Origin: Amoebophrya sp. A120
Taxonomy: Eukaryota > Protista > Dinoflagellata
DNA: 64,000 nucleotides
Assembly (NCBI GenBank): GCA_905178155.1
Contig: CAJINV010000032.1
Span: 49,128 to 113,127 of the forward strand
Direction: 5' to 3'
Shown here: piece after piece, positions 24,256-38,051 of the stretch
How the letters are laid out: each line of letters opens with the position of its first letter
Position numbering within the stretch: the first letter of the stretch is position 1
Made by a program: the position numbers and the translations under genes
The notes under the pieces: generated by a model
The model's database searches: none
What the model saw: the letters and a program-made list of their open reading frames with translations, nothing else
What the model was told of the DNA's origin: nothing

Positions 24256-26222
24256 CTCCTGCCTGTGCCTGGAAACCGTGCTTTTCCGATCCAGCAACGT
24301 GTTCTCCCCGTCGTGTCTTCCTCCATGGATTGGCTCGCTTGGCGCACCAGTGGGGCCCCAGGCTCGTTGTGTGTGGCCAGTGCTATTGGGATCGAGGTAT
24401 CAAATGCCAAGATGCTGCAATCCTGGACGTGTGGACGAAACATGCACAGCAGGTTAGCTTTACCTATATTTGCATGAGAAAGTGAGCTCCAGTCTGACAC
24501 AGTTCTTACTCATGCAACACAGGTTACCGCGCTGACATGCTGCGAATGGCCAATACCGCATTACAGATCCACCAAACCCAGATGACCTTTTCGCATGTGA
24601 TACGGGGTTATGGATTGTAAAAATGTCTGGGTCTGGAAGGTTGGAACTTGTAATCCTAGCTTTCCATACCTAGAAAATCTGTAAGTATTGCATAACCAAC
24701 AAAAGTCGCAGCCTCTTTTGTCATGCAAAAACGCAGTTTCTCATGCGGATTGCCTATGAGAAAGCGTTTTGGGAAGTAGTCATGCCGGACTGCATTCGAG
24801 AGTGTTTTCATCATGCACATTTTAGCATCACAAGTTTCCAGACCCAGACATTTTTGCATTTGATAGGGGTGCAGCCACAGGTCAACGACGCCGTAGTATG
24901 CACTGCAAAAGTATCGCACTCGTACAAATGCAAGTCTTGCATTACAAATTTTTTTTCTAAGGTAAATCCGCATGACAAATTTTATTTCTCATGCTGAGGG
25001 AATTTGTAATGCATTTATACGAATACGATACTTTTGCACAGGATACGTAGGTGGTCTTGTCGATGTTGGCGAACTATGCATTGCAAATATGTCTGGGTCC
25101 ACCTCTGCCGTCGTCGAGATGCAACATGTAAATCCTTGTCTTGCAGTTTCATTCGGTTTCGGAAAAAGTGTGTATTGCATTATGACCGCTGTCGGGTAAA
25201 AATGCGGTTTGCCCGGTTTGCCATGCACAAACACGATGATAAAGAACGCATGCAAAATCTGTCATGCGTGCCTGTACTTTTTTGTTCTCCTGTTTCATTT
25301 GTCCATAAGCCGGCATCACAAATTTCCAGGCCGCCCAGACATATTCACATTTGATATGGACGAGTATCACTGTTTGACAGCCTCTTCTTGCTTTGACTCG
25401 CAAACGCAACAGCAAAATGTGTACTTAGCATGACAAATTCAAATTGAAACTTCACGTCACCCGATCTTGATCTAGTTGTATCCAACTTTTGTTTCTATTT
25501 AAATTCAATCTGCAGCTAGTGCAAGTGGGTCCTAGTCCTCGATCTTCCCGCGCAGGAAAAAAGTGTGAGTTTCCACTAGCACTCGGCATGACAAAACCGT
25601 CAGAAGCAAGGAGAGATTATTCTTCCAATGATACTCGGGTTTTCGGAGGAGGTTTTCCCGATGAATCCTTGCCCTTCTTCACGTTGCAGCTTTTGGCAGT
25701 GCTCACGACGGTGGTCGGCGCGGAGCTCGAGCGTTCAGAGGGGGCTGTTGTAGTACTCGCAGGAGGACCACCGGTTGTACTACTTCTTGCGGTCGGAGCA
25801 GTCGCAGTTGCAGCAGCCGCTGTACTACTTGCGGCTTTGGGAATGGTATGCGTTGCAAATATGTGCGGGTCTGGACGAATGCTTAAGTTTGTCATGCATC
25901 TTTCGGAATCAGTATCAGACTCAGATCAGTGAAAACGGTCTCTTGTTGCACTTCCCACATGAGAAATTCAACTTCCCTGTTTGTGCAGCAAGAAAGCAAA
26001 GAGCAGCTCTTGGCGCTCATGCAATACAATTTTTCGTGTGATCCAACGTACTATACATCACAAGTTCAACAAACACTGCTATCTAGACCCAGACATCTTT
26101 TCAATTGATAAACAGGACGGCGCTTTTTCTTGGTGGAGGCGGTGAGGAGACTCTCGGCCGGCGTGGGGTCCGAGCTCGGTACAGGGGGTCGGGGAGCTTC
26201 ATTTTTCTTGATGGACGGCATG
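24256..26222 (-). CDS. Hypothetical Ser/Thr/Ala-rich protein or gene fragment with 6 introners and micro-exons; partial paralogs at 32490-32935 and 40540-40930
   Basis: MPSIKKNEAPRPP...KKRRPV|PKAASSTAAA...PKTR|A|TNIDKTTY|GVVDLWLH stays in frame after splicing; the frame downstream of 24398 is unresolved. Confidence 0.45.
24398..24602. mobile_element. Introner, A-like
   Basis: TATCAAATGC / GCATGTGATA; TSD CGAGG/CGGGG. Confidence 0.7.
24609..24865. mobile_element. Introner family A
   Basis: Perfect TSD GGGGT. Confidence 0.9.
24897..25045. mobile_element. Introner family B
   Basis: Perfect TSD CGTAG. Confidence 0.92.
25075..25356. mobile_element. Introner, A-like
   Basis: TIR pair; TSD CGAAC/TGGAC. 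Confidence 0.75.
25847..26110. mobile_element. Introner family A
   Basis: TIR pair; TSD degenerate. Confidence 0.75.
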
Positions 26223-28735
26223 GTGAAAAAGTACGAAGGTCGCGTGACGGACCTTGCCAACCTGTTTCGATGTTTTTTCAAGAGGAGAACATATTAATGC
26301 GCAACCGGGCGAAAGAAAGGCAGTGATGCTACAAAACTACCGACGATCAAATTTGGTAGGTACAGTAAAGTCGATTGTACTTTCCGAATGACAGATTGTG
26401 AATGATATACATTGCAATGTAAACAAAATTGCGAATGATATACAGAAATGCGAATCATATTTACCTTTGCTTCGGCCCGTCTTTGTATCGGGCTGATCAC
26501 ACCGGCGTCGAAGCGCTAGGCTCGGGGACAGTGTCAGAGCTGGTCACGGAAGGCGAGATGCACGCTGTGCAAGACGTTGCTCGAACACGAAGTTCTGCAT
26601 CATAATCTGCATCTCTTTCTTGCCCCTGCCGGGAGTGGCGATATATCCTACTGAACAGTAGACCCATACCACACCACACCATGAAATCATTAAAAATGGT
26701 TTGTCCACATGTACATGCAACAGTTTTCTTGCATCGCAAAAATTTGCTGAGATCAACTTGCCAGTTTTCGTTCCTCGTACCACACGTCGCGCATTACAAA
26801 TTTCGTTTCGCATCCAAATACTTGGATTTGCATTGGTATGGATGTACTTTTCACGTTGATAAGCCGGCTTTCCTCTTCGGTTTCCCGTGCCTGTTTTGAA
26901 TTTAGGTCATTGTGATTATAGATCGTAAGAAAAGTTGGAAATTCAAATTGTATGTCGATGCGAAACACAGTAAGATGCTGTGCGTGACATGTGGAAAAGG
27001 TTCTGTACATTATGCATCCACGACGAGAAACAAAGCGAAATATTGATGTACCCGAAGCCGCGCTTCTCCACCTTGTCTACTTGCCTACGCCCCAGACCTA
27101 CGCACCCGCACGCACGGCCCGTTAAGAGCGGGACGCGGCCGATCGCGCGCCCGTCTCACTTCCTGCCGGCCCTGCCACTCCTGTCGCTGTATTCGGCCAG
27201 GTCCGCGCAAGTGTCGAAGTGAACCTTCAACACGGGAGGCGAAACTCACGAAAGCTTGCCCCCCAGAGAAAATCGGAGCCGCATCCTTGGTTGTGGAGCA
27301 CGCAAACTCAAAAACGTGCTCCTTTACGAAATCAAAATCTTTCGCTCGCTAGAATTTTTTTTTGGGTATTGAAAATGGAGAATTTAATAGCGATTTTGAT
27401 GGGTCACAAATCGACATCGTGGTATTGTTGATGATGATCTGTTTCGAGACATAGACACGGAACTTGTCGAATAAACGTTGAAGACGAAACGGAAACACAT
27501 GACGAAAAAACTAGGTCGGTCGATATGATCTTGTTTCTCGATCTTGATACGGAGTTTAAGTAGATCTTCAGCAGGTAGCCGTATGTTAATTTTCTAGTAG
27601 CAGTTGCTGTGTGTTAATTTTCGATCAAGAGACAAGTATTAGTAATTGTAAAAGTATCAGCGGCACGCAACCGAGACGGATTTTTTCCGAACACGACGAA
27701 AGGGCCGGTTTACAGTCATACGTCATGCAAAAACGAACTTGCCAGGCCAAACATAAAACCTTCACCGCGTGCTGGCTCTTCTCTAGCTTGGCTTTTTGAA
27801 TTGCAGGTACAAGACACTTCGTTTTTATTCCTGTTCTCCTGTGTGTAGACTGAGTTTAAGTCTCTACTTCGATTTCAGTTCCACGTGTGTCTAAAACGTC
27901 AAAAAACTTTTGCCTGCAACGAGCGCGCGATCTTAAGCTTATCTCGGACATTGGTGTCGACATGGTTTTACCAATCTAAAATCGGTGCACTACGAATCAG
28001 ATGTTGTGCATCACATTATGTTGTTTCCATAATTGCAACATCGCGCCTTCTCTTCGTGCGGAAATTCCAGCCGGTAGTATCGGGTGGAACAGGGGCAAAT
28101 CAACCGAGAGCAGGCACTGTGGCTGCGTGCTAGACGGCATACCTGCGATGTAGAAATTGGAAAAATGTACTCAAGGTAGTTGACTGACACAATCACAATC
28201 CCACGTAGATCTGCATGACAAATTCAAAACTAGGTGTGTAAAGAAAAGTAGTCGTACGAATACGAATACGTCGTGAAATCAAAATAAAAAAGTACCTCTC
28301 ACCGCGGGCGTATGTGTGCAGCTCCGAGTGTAGTACTTGACTGAGTACTGCTGCATCCTCCACGGCCTCCAGCCCTACTTAGCTGTACGACCTGGCTCAG
28401 CAGCTGGATCTCCGCCGCCACTGATTTCTTCTTGTTGTAATGCAAGAGCCACTTCTTGCTATTCGTTTTTGGGCTGCTATTCAGCGCTCCGAGCTTCCTG
28501 ACGCGACCCGCCACGACGGCGCTTCCATGCCGTCGACGCAATCCTCCACCCTGCGAGATCGCCGTCGCGGGAGGTACATTTTCTGCGGCGCACGGCTTGC
28601 GTCAGATCACGTTCGTAGCACGTGCTGTTGTGCTCTACCTTCTGCCGGCAAGAACTCGCGCTCGTCCTTTGCTCATACCCCTTTCGTCGACCTACACCTC
28701 GCCGTCGTGCGCCTCGTTCTTGATGCCGTTGTAGA

Positions 28736-29002
28736 TATTAAATGCAAATATGTCTGGGTCGGGAAGAATGCAAACTTGTGATGCTAACTTTAGACTCTAA
28801 AAAAATCTGTATTGCTTGACAAGCAAGAGGGCTCCAGTTTTTGCTACGCAGGAAGGGCATTCGTCATGCGGAATACGCATCAAGAAACACTCAGCAAATC
28901 TGTGACGCTAGAAAATACATCACATACGTCGCGGGCCAAGGCCATGCAAAATCTGCATGACAAGTTGCAACCTTCCAGACCTAGACACATTTGCATTGGA
29001 TA
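28736..29002. mobile_element. Introner family A in a decayed gene fragment
   Basis: TIR pair with family A interior. Confidence 0.8.
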
Positions 29003-30189
29003 TGAAGGCACGTCGTGGCAAAAATGTTATTCGATATCTCGCTGCGACACTGAATGAAACTTCGTTTTGATAAACAACACGATTTAACATCTAAAATGGT
29101 GGAATAGAACATCGTCTTTAGTTACAATAATTGTGCATATTACAGTTTTGTGTGAACCAGATACCTTGTTCCTGAAACGCGACCGATCCGCTTACCGCAT
29201 CCGTTCCTTCCTGCAGTTCGCGGTTTATCCCCAGCGTGAAGCAGTGAAGATTGCGTCGGTTTGAGCATTTCTTTTGCACTTGCGTCCGCGCTACTTGCAC
29301 TTCGTGTTGCACACACGGTTCTCTTCACTACGTCCTTCATCGCATTCCAGCAGATCCACATTTTTCCACCGCATGTTGGCCGCATCTCCTTCCCTGCGAC
29401 GCGGCACTGCGCCGCCTGCACTTCGCGTTGCACACACGGTTCTCACGACGTCCTTCGTCGCATTCCAGCAGATCCGCATTTTTCCACCGCATGTTGATCG
29501 CATCTTCTTCCCTGCGACACGGCATCCTCAAGCGATCCGCATTTATCTTACCCTCGTTCACTGCATCCACGACCGGATTTCTTGACACAGCCTCCCACGG
29601 CGCTTTCACGCCGTCGACGAAGTCCTCCGACCTGGGAGGTCGCCGTCGCGGAAGGTACATTTTTTTCGGCGCCACCCCTATGTACCTGGATGGCCTACTT
29701 GTAGTTGGTCTCCTGCGGGTCATTCGCCACTTTCGGTCACGACAGATCGATACCTCCGGGCATCGGGCGGGAACAAAAAACGTGATGCTCATTTTGCTCG
29801 GTCAATCATCCGCTACAAAAATTTTGTTACAAAATTTTTACTAGAAAGTATAGTAATCAACAAATTTCAAAGCTCCAAAACATTCTTGTTCGAAGTTGTT
29901 CTCATCCCTTTTTACGTGATGTTGCTCTTACTTATTATGATCACATGAAGATTGATACACTAATTCCTACTGGCCTTGCGGCAAAAAAGCAATCTTGCAC
30001 AAAAAAGGAAAAAAAAACGTGTTTCCCCCCAGAAGACGATGTGGTCGATAGTAGTTTGGTGCACGATTGATTTCGAAAAAAAACATATCCCACCTTCCCG
30101 CCACGATTCGATACGAAAAAAAACTTTGCCGCATCCCGTACTGCGCTACCCCGCGTCGCACCTGGTGAAGCCTCCGCTCCTTGCTTAGA

Positions 30190-30550
30190 ACTCAGCGTCC
30201 CGAGAGGTCCACTTTTTTCGCTGAGAGAAGGCGTCGCGAGAAGTCCATTTTTCCCGCTGAGAGGTCGGCGTCGCGAGAAGTCCACTTTTTCCGCTGAGAG
30301 GTCGGCGTTGCGAGAAGTCCCTGTTTTTTCGATGATAGGTCGGCGTCGCGAGAGGTCCATTTTTTCCGCTGAGAGGTCGGCGTCGCGAGCGGTTCATTTT
30401 TTTCGCTGAGAGGTCGGCGTCGCGAAAGGTCCATTTTTATCGCTGAGAGGTCGGTGTCGGCAGAGGTCCAGTTTTATCGCTGAGAGGTCGGCGTCGCGAA
30501 AGGTCCATTTTTTTCGCTGAGAGGTCGGTGTCGCGAGAGGTGCATTTTTT
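30190..30550. repeat. Minisatellite, about 36-37 bp, about 9-10 copies
   Basis: CGCTGAGAGGTCGGCGTCGCGA.AGGTCCATTTTT repeated. Confidence 0.92.
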
Positions 30551-31074
30551 TTGGTAGTGTTGATCCGATGATCTCTTGTGCCAGAAGAGCACTTTTTTCG
30601 ACGAGAAATGGGTTGTGGTATTTTGGTGTTAGTTGGGCATCCAGAGTATCGTATCTACACGTTGGGCTACTCAATTCTTACTTGGTCATCTTGCGGTAAG
30701 CAAACATTTACATTTTGGACAACTCAAAAATTCTTACTTTGGCCTTACGGCAAAAAACGCGACATGTTGGGCTACTCAATTCCTACTTGGCATTGCGGCA
30801 AAAAAACGTAAGTACTTGGAAAGCAAAAATCGGAAAAAAAAACTGTGCATCCCCCCCAGACGACACTATCGATAGCTTCCACGATTGGTGTGACGAAAAA
30901 CGATTGCCGAATAGTCACGACGACCAGAAGAAGGAATAAGAAACAGCACCGGCGCGAATGAGGGAAGGCCACGGCTCACAGCAGGGAGCACCTTTGCGCG
31001 AGATGGCCTTGACGTTCGTGTGCGGGTCGGCTCCAGACGCGTGGCTAGTTGCACTCGCAGCAACGCTCCACACT

Positions 31075-31640
31075 GCAGCACTTTGCCATCTTGCGTCCAT
31101 GGCAGCGTCCGCACTGAGAGGCGCTTTTTCATCTTCGGAAGCACCTTTTTGCAGCGCGGGTCCCCCGACCGTTTCCGCCGAGGTCGGAATAGCGGCATTA
31201 CCGCTCGCAGCAGCTCCGGTGGTTGTGGTTCTGCCCGTGGGCTCCGCATGCTCCGGCATGCTCCCAGCAGCGTCGTCTTCGGCAGCTGTCAGTGCGTCAG
31301 CATACTTCCATTTCAGGGGCCTCCCAGATATTACGTCGGTATCTCGCTCACCGAGGTTCACTTCGATGACCGGGTCCAGTGCGACGTCCGCGCGCAGAGG
31401 CAGCTTGTGCTGGTCTATACGCTCCGTGACCACTTTGTGTGGCAGGTACACATCGACGATGCGCGGCTTGGTTCTACCACTTCTGTGAAGCAGTACATGC
31501 CGGTAGATGCCGCCCCCGTCGTGCCACCAGCTCCCTTCGCCGACGTCGTTTTTGTGGGCAAGCGACGGCGTGCTATCGACCGCGACCGTGATCTCGAACT
31601 TGCTGTTGTCCGCGGACGACGATGAGCCACGACTCCTGTC
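31075..31640 (-). pseudogene. Fragment resembling glycoside hydrolase family 2 (end of the sugar-binding domain)
   Basis: FEITVAVDS...EGSWWHDGGGIYRHVLL resembles the GH2 W.xGGGIYRxVxL motif; flanks are low-complexity or shuffled; no catalytic domain seen. Confidence 0.5.
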
Positions 31641-34055
31641 CGTCGCAGCTCTCGATGGGCCTGACGTGGCCATGCTCAGCGGCGCACTTGTGATAGTCGT
31701 TTTTTTCCTCCGGCGGAAGGAAACTTTCATTCTGTCATAGACGGTCGGCGACGCGGGGCTGCCGCTCCCAGCAGCACATCGGGCCGCCTTTCAGCTGGAT
31801 GGCCTTGTTGGTCTCGTGCACAGCCTCCTGCGTTGTGGCATTCCATGCCTCGGCTATGTATTGCAGCTTGCGGCCACTCTGGGCTCGCCGTCGCGCGAGA
31901 TGGCCTTGACGTTCGTGTGCGGGTCGGCTCCAGACGCGAGGCTGGGTCTGGGACGAGTGCTCGTAGCAGCGCTCCATGCTGCAGTATTCGTCCCATGATG
32001 TGCCTGTCTCAGCGTTCGTGGTGAGGCGCGTGTTCATCGGTGGCGCATTTCCGCAGCGCGAACTTCCCGACCGTCTCCGGCGAGATATTGGGTGCACCGC
32101 TTTCAGCGGCTCCGGCGTTGCTACCCGTCGACCCCACGCGCAGCTCCCCAGCAGCGTCTATTTCGACAGCATATATTTTCCGTCGTGCGCCATGCTTCCA
32201 GTATGAGTTCCATCCAGATATTGCACTGCGCTATCGCCCCGCCCGCGAGGCTTACTTCGATCACCGGGTCATCGGCTGCGTCAGCGGGACGCGAAACGGC
32301 GCGTAGCTAGACCCGTGCCGCGTTTTCGAGGGCCCGCCCGCTCGCACTCAGCTCGTCCACCAGTCGCCCCGGAATTCGCGATGGTAGTCGTGGATACCAG
32401 GCGAGGGCGCATGGATGCAACGCCTTTTCGTGGATACAGCTTCGCATAGACCTTTTTCGTGGAGGATTCATTGATATTAGGCCTCTTAATGTGTATTTAG
32501 CATGACAAATTCAAATTTAAATTTCACGTCACCCGATCTTGATCGAGTTCTTGCTCCAGTATTGCTTCTACTTAGTTTGCATCTGCAATAGTCGTAGTTC
32601 TCGATCTTCCCGCGCAAGAACACAGTGTTAGTTTCCACTAGCGCTCAGCATGACAAAAACTGTCAAAAGCAAGGAGAGATCTTTTTTCCAATGATACTCT
32701 GGTTTTCAGAGGAGGTTTTCCCGATGAATTCTTGCCCTTCTTCACGGTGCAGCTTTTGGCGGTGGTCGGGGCGGTGCTCGAGCGATCAGAGGGGGCTGCT
32801 GTAGTACTCGCAGGAGGACCACCGGTTGTACTACTTTTTGCGGTCGGAGCAGTCACAGGTGCAGCAGCCGCTGTACCAGTTGCGGCTTTGGGAACGGGAT
32901 GCATTGCAAAGATGTCTAGGTATGGACGAATGCAGATGTTTTTATTTTGCAGCCTCATATTCTTCATCGCCCAAACGCGATGCTGCTGGGGATTCAGCCT
33001 GTATTGCACTATGACCACTTAATGCTCAGTCTGTATTGCACTGAGTGCTTGTCTTGCAGTTGCATTCGGAAAAAGTCTGTACTGCATTATGACCACTGTC
33101 GGATAAAAATGCGGCTTGCCCGGTTTGCCATGCGCGAACGGGATGATAAAAAACGCATGCAAAATCTGTCACGCGCGCCTCGACTTTTTTGCTCTCCTGT
33201 TTCATTTTTCCCGAGCTTTTCATGGATATCCCGTTTTTTCATAGATGCAGACTTTTCATGGGCGCAACGGCTTCACATAGATTTTAGGCATAAAGACCTT
33301 TTTCGTGGAGGATTCGTTGATATTAGGCCGCGTTCGTGGCCTCAGAAAACAACTTTCCACGCGCTGGATATCCAGCAGCGCGAGCACGCCGAGCTTCTAT
33401 CGCCATGAAAGGTTCTCCCGTCGCCCCTTAGAATGCAAACGCCGTTTCTCTTGAGCGTCCCAGGCTGTACCTGTGGCAGTCTTTTTTCGCTGAAGCTTCT
33501 CTACAAAGGCGAGCGCCGGCGGGCGCGGAAGGGTTGTGCTCCTCAGTACTGTATTATCAAGCTACCCAGTACTACTGTACTTCTATTTATTATCAAGCTT
33601 TCACAAATCGAGCAAGGCGCATGTAGCTTTTTGCTTCCTCAGGAGCTCGCGCGAACCAATTTTTTGTGATACCTGCGCGCCGTCCGCCAGGCATTGGTGT
33701 TGAGGAGGTTTTGCATCCTGTGAAAAGATCCAGCAGCCAATCTGTCACGCGGGTTTCAGATTACTTTGTGCTCTTCAAATATTTGGCGTTGACCACGAGC
33801 GCGCGTTCCTGCGCACTTTCGGGCTGGCGCCCGGAGAAATCTCCCATGCAATCTAGGCCCCCAAAAAAGGGCTGAGATATGCGCTGATCGCACGGACAAA
33901 TCTCATATTTTCGCCGGCTTCGCAGAAAACTCATACAAGCAATGGCTGTGCCGCCTACTATGTACCTTTGGGGGCAGACCAGTTACAGAAAGCTTGCACA
34001 TTCCGAAACCCAACACAGAGCTATACTTTATTTTGCAGCTTCTGCTTCATACCCT

Positions 34056-34268
34056 TGGGGATAGATGGGGGTAGATGGGGATAGATGGGGATAGATGGGG
34101 GTAGATGGGGATAGATGGGGATAGATGGGGATAGATGGGGATAGATGGGGATAGATGGGGATAGATGGGGGTAGATGGGGGTAGATGGGGGTAGATGGGG
34201 GTAGATGGGGGTAGATGGGGGTAGATGGGGGTAGATGGGGATAGATGGGGGTAGATGGGGGTAGATGG
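34056..34268. repeat. 10-bp G-rich minisatellite (GGGG[A/G]TAGAT)n, about 21 copies
   Basis: Read directly from the sequence. Confidence 0.97.
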
Positions 34269-37200
34269 CGCACATTCTGAAACCCGGCACAGCGCTACAT
34301 TTTATTTTGCACCTTCATACTCTTCATCGCCCAAGCTCGATGCTGCTGGGGATTCCGATTCAGTCTGTATTGCACTATGACCACTTAATGCTCAGTCTGT
34401 ATTGCACTGAGTGCTTGTCTTGCAGTTGCATTCGGAAAACGTCTGTATTGCATTATGACCACTGTCGGATAAAAAACGCGGCTTGCCAGGTTTGCCATGC
34501 GCAAACGGGATGATGAAAAACGCATGCAAAATCTGTCACGCGTGCCTCCACTTTTTGCTCTCCTGCTTCATTTGTCCCGAGCTTTTCATGGATGCTCCGG
34601 CTTTTCATAGATGCAGTTTTTTTCATAGGCGCAACAGCTTCGCATAGATTGTAGGCATAGGGATCCAGGTCGTTCCAGATATTCCGCCCATCTTCGCTCC
34701 TCTTGGCTCCAGCCAAGGACCCGGACAACCGCCGCAGTCGTTTTCTGAGGATGGGGCGGGGGGCTCTCGCTCAAAGTGCCGCTATGGGGGGCTGGCCTGC
34801 TCGGGGGGTCTTACTATTCAGCTGGGCCGAAAAAGGCTCAGAACTTGGCGGGGACGCCGGCTCGGGGGGGGGTTCTTATGCAGCTGGCGTGGCTGAATAA
34901 GAACTACTTTACTGCGGTGCTGGATTAAGTTTATATACAAATCACCCAAGCCCCTGCCCCAGAAAACAACTCTTCGTAGCAATTTACTTCCTCAGGGTCA
35001 CAGGCACACCAATTTTGTGCGATAAGTACCTGCGCGCCGTCCGCCCGGCATTGGTGTTGAGGAGGTTCTACATCCTATGAAAAGACCCAGTAGCCAATCT
35101 GTCATGCGGGTTTCAGATTACTATTACTTTATTTGGTGCTCTCCAATCAAACATTTGGCATTGGCCACGAGGGCCTCTTCCTGCGCACTTTCGGGCGCAC
35201 GGACAAACTTGTCATGCAAACTAGGCCTCCCACAAAAAAAAAAGGCTCAGAATAATGCTGTAGTCGCGCGGACATACAAACAAATCTCATATGTTCGGCG
35301 GCTGTGCAGAAACCCCATACACACGATGGCTGTGCCGCCTCCAATGTTCTTGTGGAGGCGGGCCGCTTACAGAAAACTCGCAGATTCTGAAACCCGGCAC
35401 AGGGCTACATTTTATTTTGCACCTTCATCGCCCAAACGCGAGGCTGATTGGGATTATCCGAAAGCGCTTCGCCGCCCCTGGCGAAATTTTGGTGATAAGC
35501 GAGCACTTTGTCTCGTCCTCGCCACGCGCTGCGTTTGCCAACTCTGTGGGACGTATATTTATATAAGCGTTCTAGTAGGGGGGTCCCCATGCGAGTAGTT
35601 GGCCGCGACGGATAATACTACTGCCGTGCTGGCTGGGGGGGGTCTTATGCAGCCCTGCTGGATAAGACCTTTCTTGGGGAATGGGTTAGACAAATGCAGC
35701 GCGTGTTTTGATGAGGTAATCGGCAGACGCTATTGAGCAGGTAGACAGTCCGTATGGCCGGCCGAAGAAGCTGCGTCCGGCTTATCAAGCCGCAGGAAAA
35801 CCACCCCCTTCCCGACAGTAAAAACACGCTTGGGCTACATGAGTCGCACAACGACAGCAGTATGGACATAGAGATAAATAAGTGGGATACTGCGTTGCAC
35901 TACAGATATAGTGAATTGCGACTGCGGTTTTCGCATCGCAAGAGATTTTCTTTCTCGTACATCGAAGGTGGATTTTTGTCCGTGATATGCTCCTCCACAA
36001 TCGGGATACTTTTTTGTTGGATATATGTGCCATCCACGAGTTCATCGAGCACCCGCGGTCATCGAGCAGCCGCAGCTCCACTAGAATGCTTTGCGAAAAA
36101 GTAGCCCCATATCAGAAGAAAACATGCCCCATATCAGAAGATATTGCAGTATCATTTTGGAACGGAAAATGGCCTTCCGATACTGCCCGAAAAACGTCAG
36201 CGCATACAAAAATTTGCTCCAACGAGAAGTACAGGCGCTTCCACATCATTTTCTTTTCAATACAAATTCACTTTTCATCACGAAATGTTGAGCAGACGGA
36301 GTTTATTGTCTTGTGATAGCAGCGGCAGGTGGAGGCGTCTGACACCGTCCCACAGCTCCACATCTTCCAGCACGATTGGCGTGCGAGCTTGGCACTTCAG
36401 CCCGCCTAGCGAAGTTACCGTTGCGGCCACACTGTTGGTTCCGTCCGTCGCAGCTCTCGATGGGCCTGACGTGGCCATGCTCAGCGGCGCACTTGTGATC
36501 GTATTCTTTTTTCTCCGGCGGAAGGAGGCTTTGTGTCATGGACGGTCGTGGTCGACACGAAACTACCGCTCCTTCAGTTGGATGGCCTTGTTGGTCTCGT
36601 GCGCGGCGCTACGGATCGCAGCAGCTTTCTGTGTTGCAGTATTCCGTGCCCCGCCGGCCTATTGCAGCCTGCGGCCGCTCTGGGGTCGCCGTCGGTCGGC
36701 GACACGGGGCTACCGCTCCCAGCAGCACGTCGGGCAGACGCCTTTCAGCTGGATGGCCTTGTTGCTGGTCTCGTGCGCGGCGCTACGGCTGGCAACAGCT
36801 TCCTGTGTTGCTGTATTCCACGCCTCGCTGGCTTCTCAAGCCGCAGGAAAACCACCCCCCTTCCGACAAGCAGGGCTACATAAAATCCAAAAAGAAATAA
36901 GAGTGCGGACCAGCGGGGGCAGGGCAAATATTCAAAAAATTTGTGATACTGAATAGCGAACAATGAATTTCGCGCGAAACGAAAAACAGCATGACAAATT
37001 CGATTTCCTCTACGATCGGGGTACTTTTCTGTCGGATATAATATGGATGTCTTTGCCAGTTGTCTGGCCATATGACGGTCGCGGCCGCACTGTCGGCTCC
37101 ATCCGTCGCAGCTTTCGATGGGCCTGACATGGCCATGCTTAGCGGCGCACTTGTGATAGTAGTTTTTTTGTTTCTCCGGCGGAAGGCGAGTTTATGTCGT

Positions 37201-37977
37201 AGACGGTCGGCGACGCGGGGCTACCGTTCCCAGATGCACATCACGCAGACGTCTTTCAGCTGGATGGCCTTGTTGGTTTCGTGCACAGCCTCCTGCTGTG
37301 TTGCAGCATTTCATGCCTCGGCTATGTATTGCAGCTTGCGGCCGCTCTGAGCTCGCCGTCGCGCGAGTTGCATTACTTCCCGCAGCCAGCACCTTTTAGC
37401 ATAGTGGCCTTGCTGGTCTCGCGCGGGTCGAATAGGTCTCGCATTATGTGTGCGAGAATAGGTCTCGCATCAGCCTCCGCTCCATCGATCCCTACTGAGA
37501 GGTCGGCGTCACGGGAAGTGCGTTTTATATTTTTTAGCACCTTTGCCCGGGATCATGGCCTGCGGGGTCGCGCGCGACTCGGGTCCAGACGCGCGGAAGG
37601 ATAGTTTGGCTCGCAGTAGCGCTCCACACTGCAGCACTACTCCATATCGCGCTCGTTGCAGTGTGCGTGCTGAGAGGTGCTTCGTCATCGGTAGCACTTT
37701 TTCTGACACGCTTCTCCGAATTGGCCTCCTAGGTCACGCGCGGGTCGGCTCCACGCGCGAGGCTAGTAGCGCTCGCAGCACCGCGCCATATACAGCGCCG
37801 CCGTCGTTTTTGCGGGCAAACACCGGCGCGATATCGGCCACGAGCGTGATCTCGAGCTTGCTTTCCGCGGACGATGATGGGCCACTCCTGTGGCAGATTC
37901 TGTATCCTCCGGCAGCGTCAGCGGGACGCGAGGATGAAACGGCGTGTAGATAGACCTCCGCATGGTAGTTGTACACG

Positions 37978-38051
<74 letters not shown>
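37978..38051. repeat. (GAT)n microsatellite, about 24 units
   Basis: Read directly from the sequence. Confidence 0.97.

Noticed and set aside
34021-34290. Pro-rich repeat ORFs, or a telomeric tract
   Set aside because: The ORFs are translations of a 10-bp minisatellite; the unit is not a TTAGGG/TTTAGGG-type telomere repeat.
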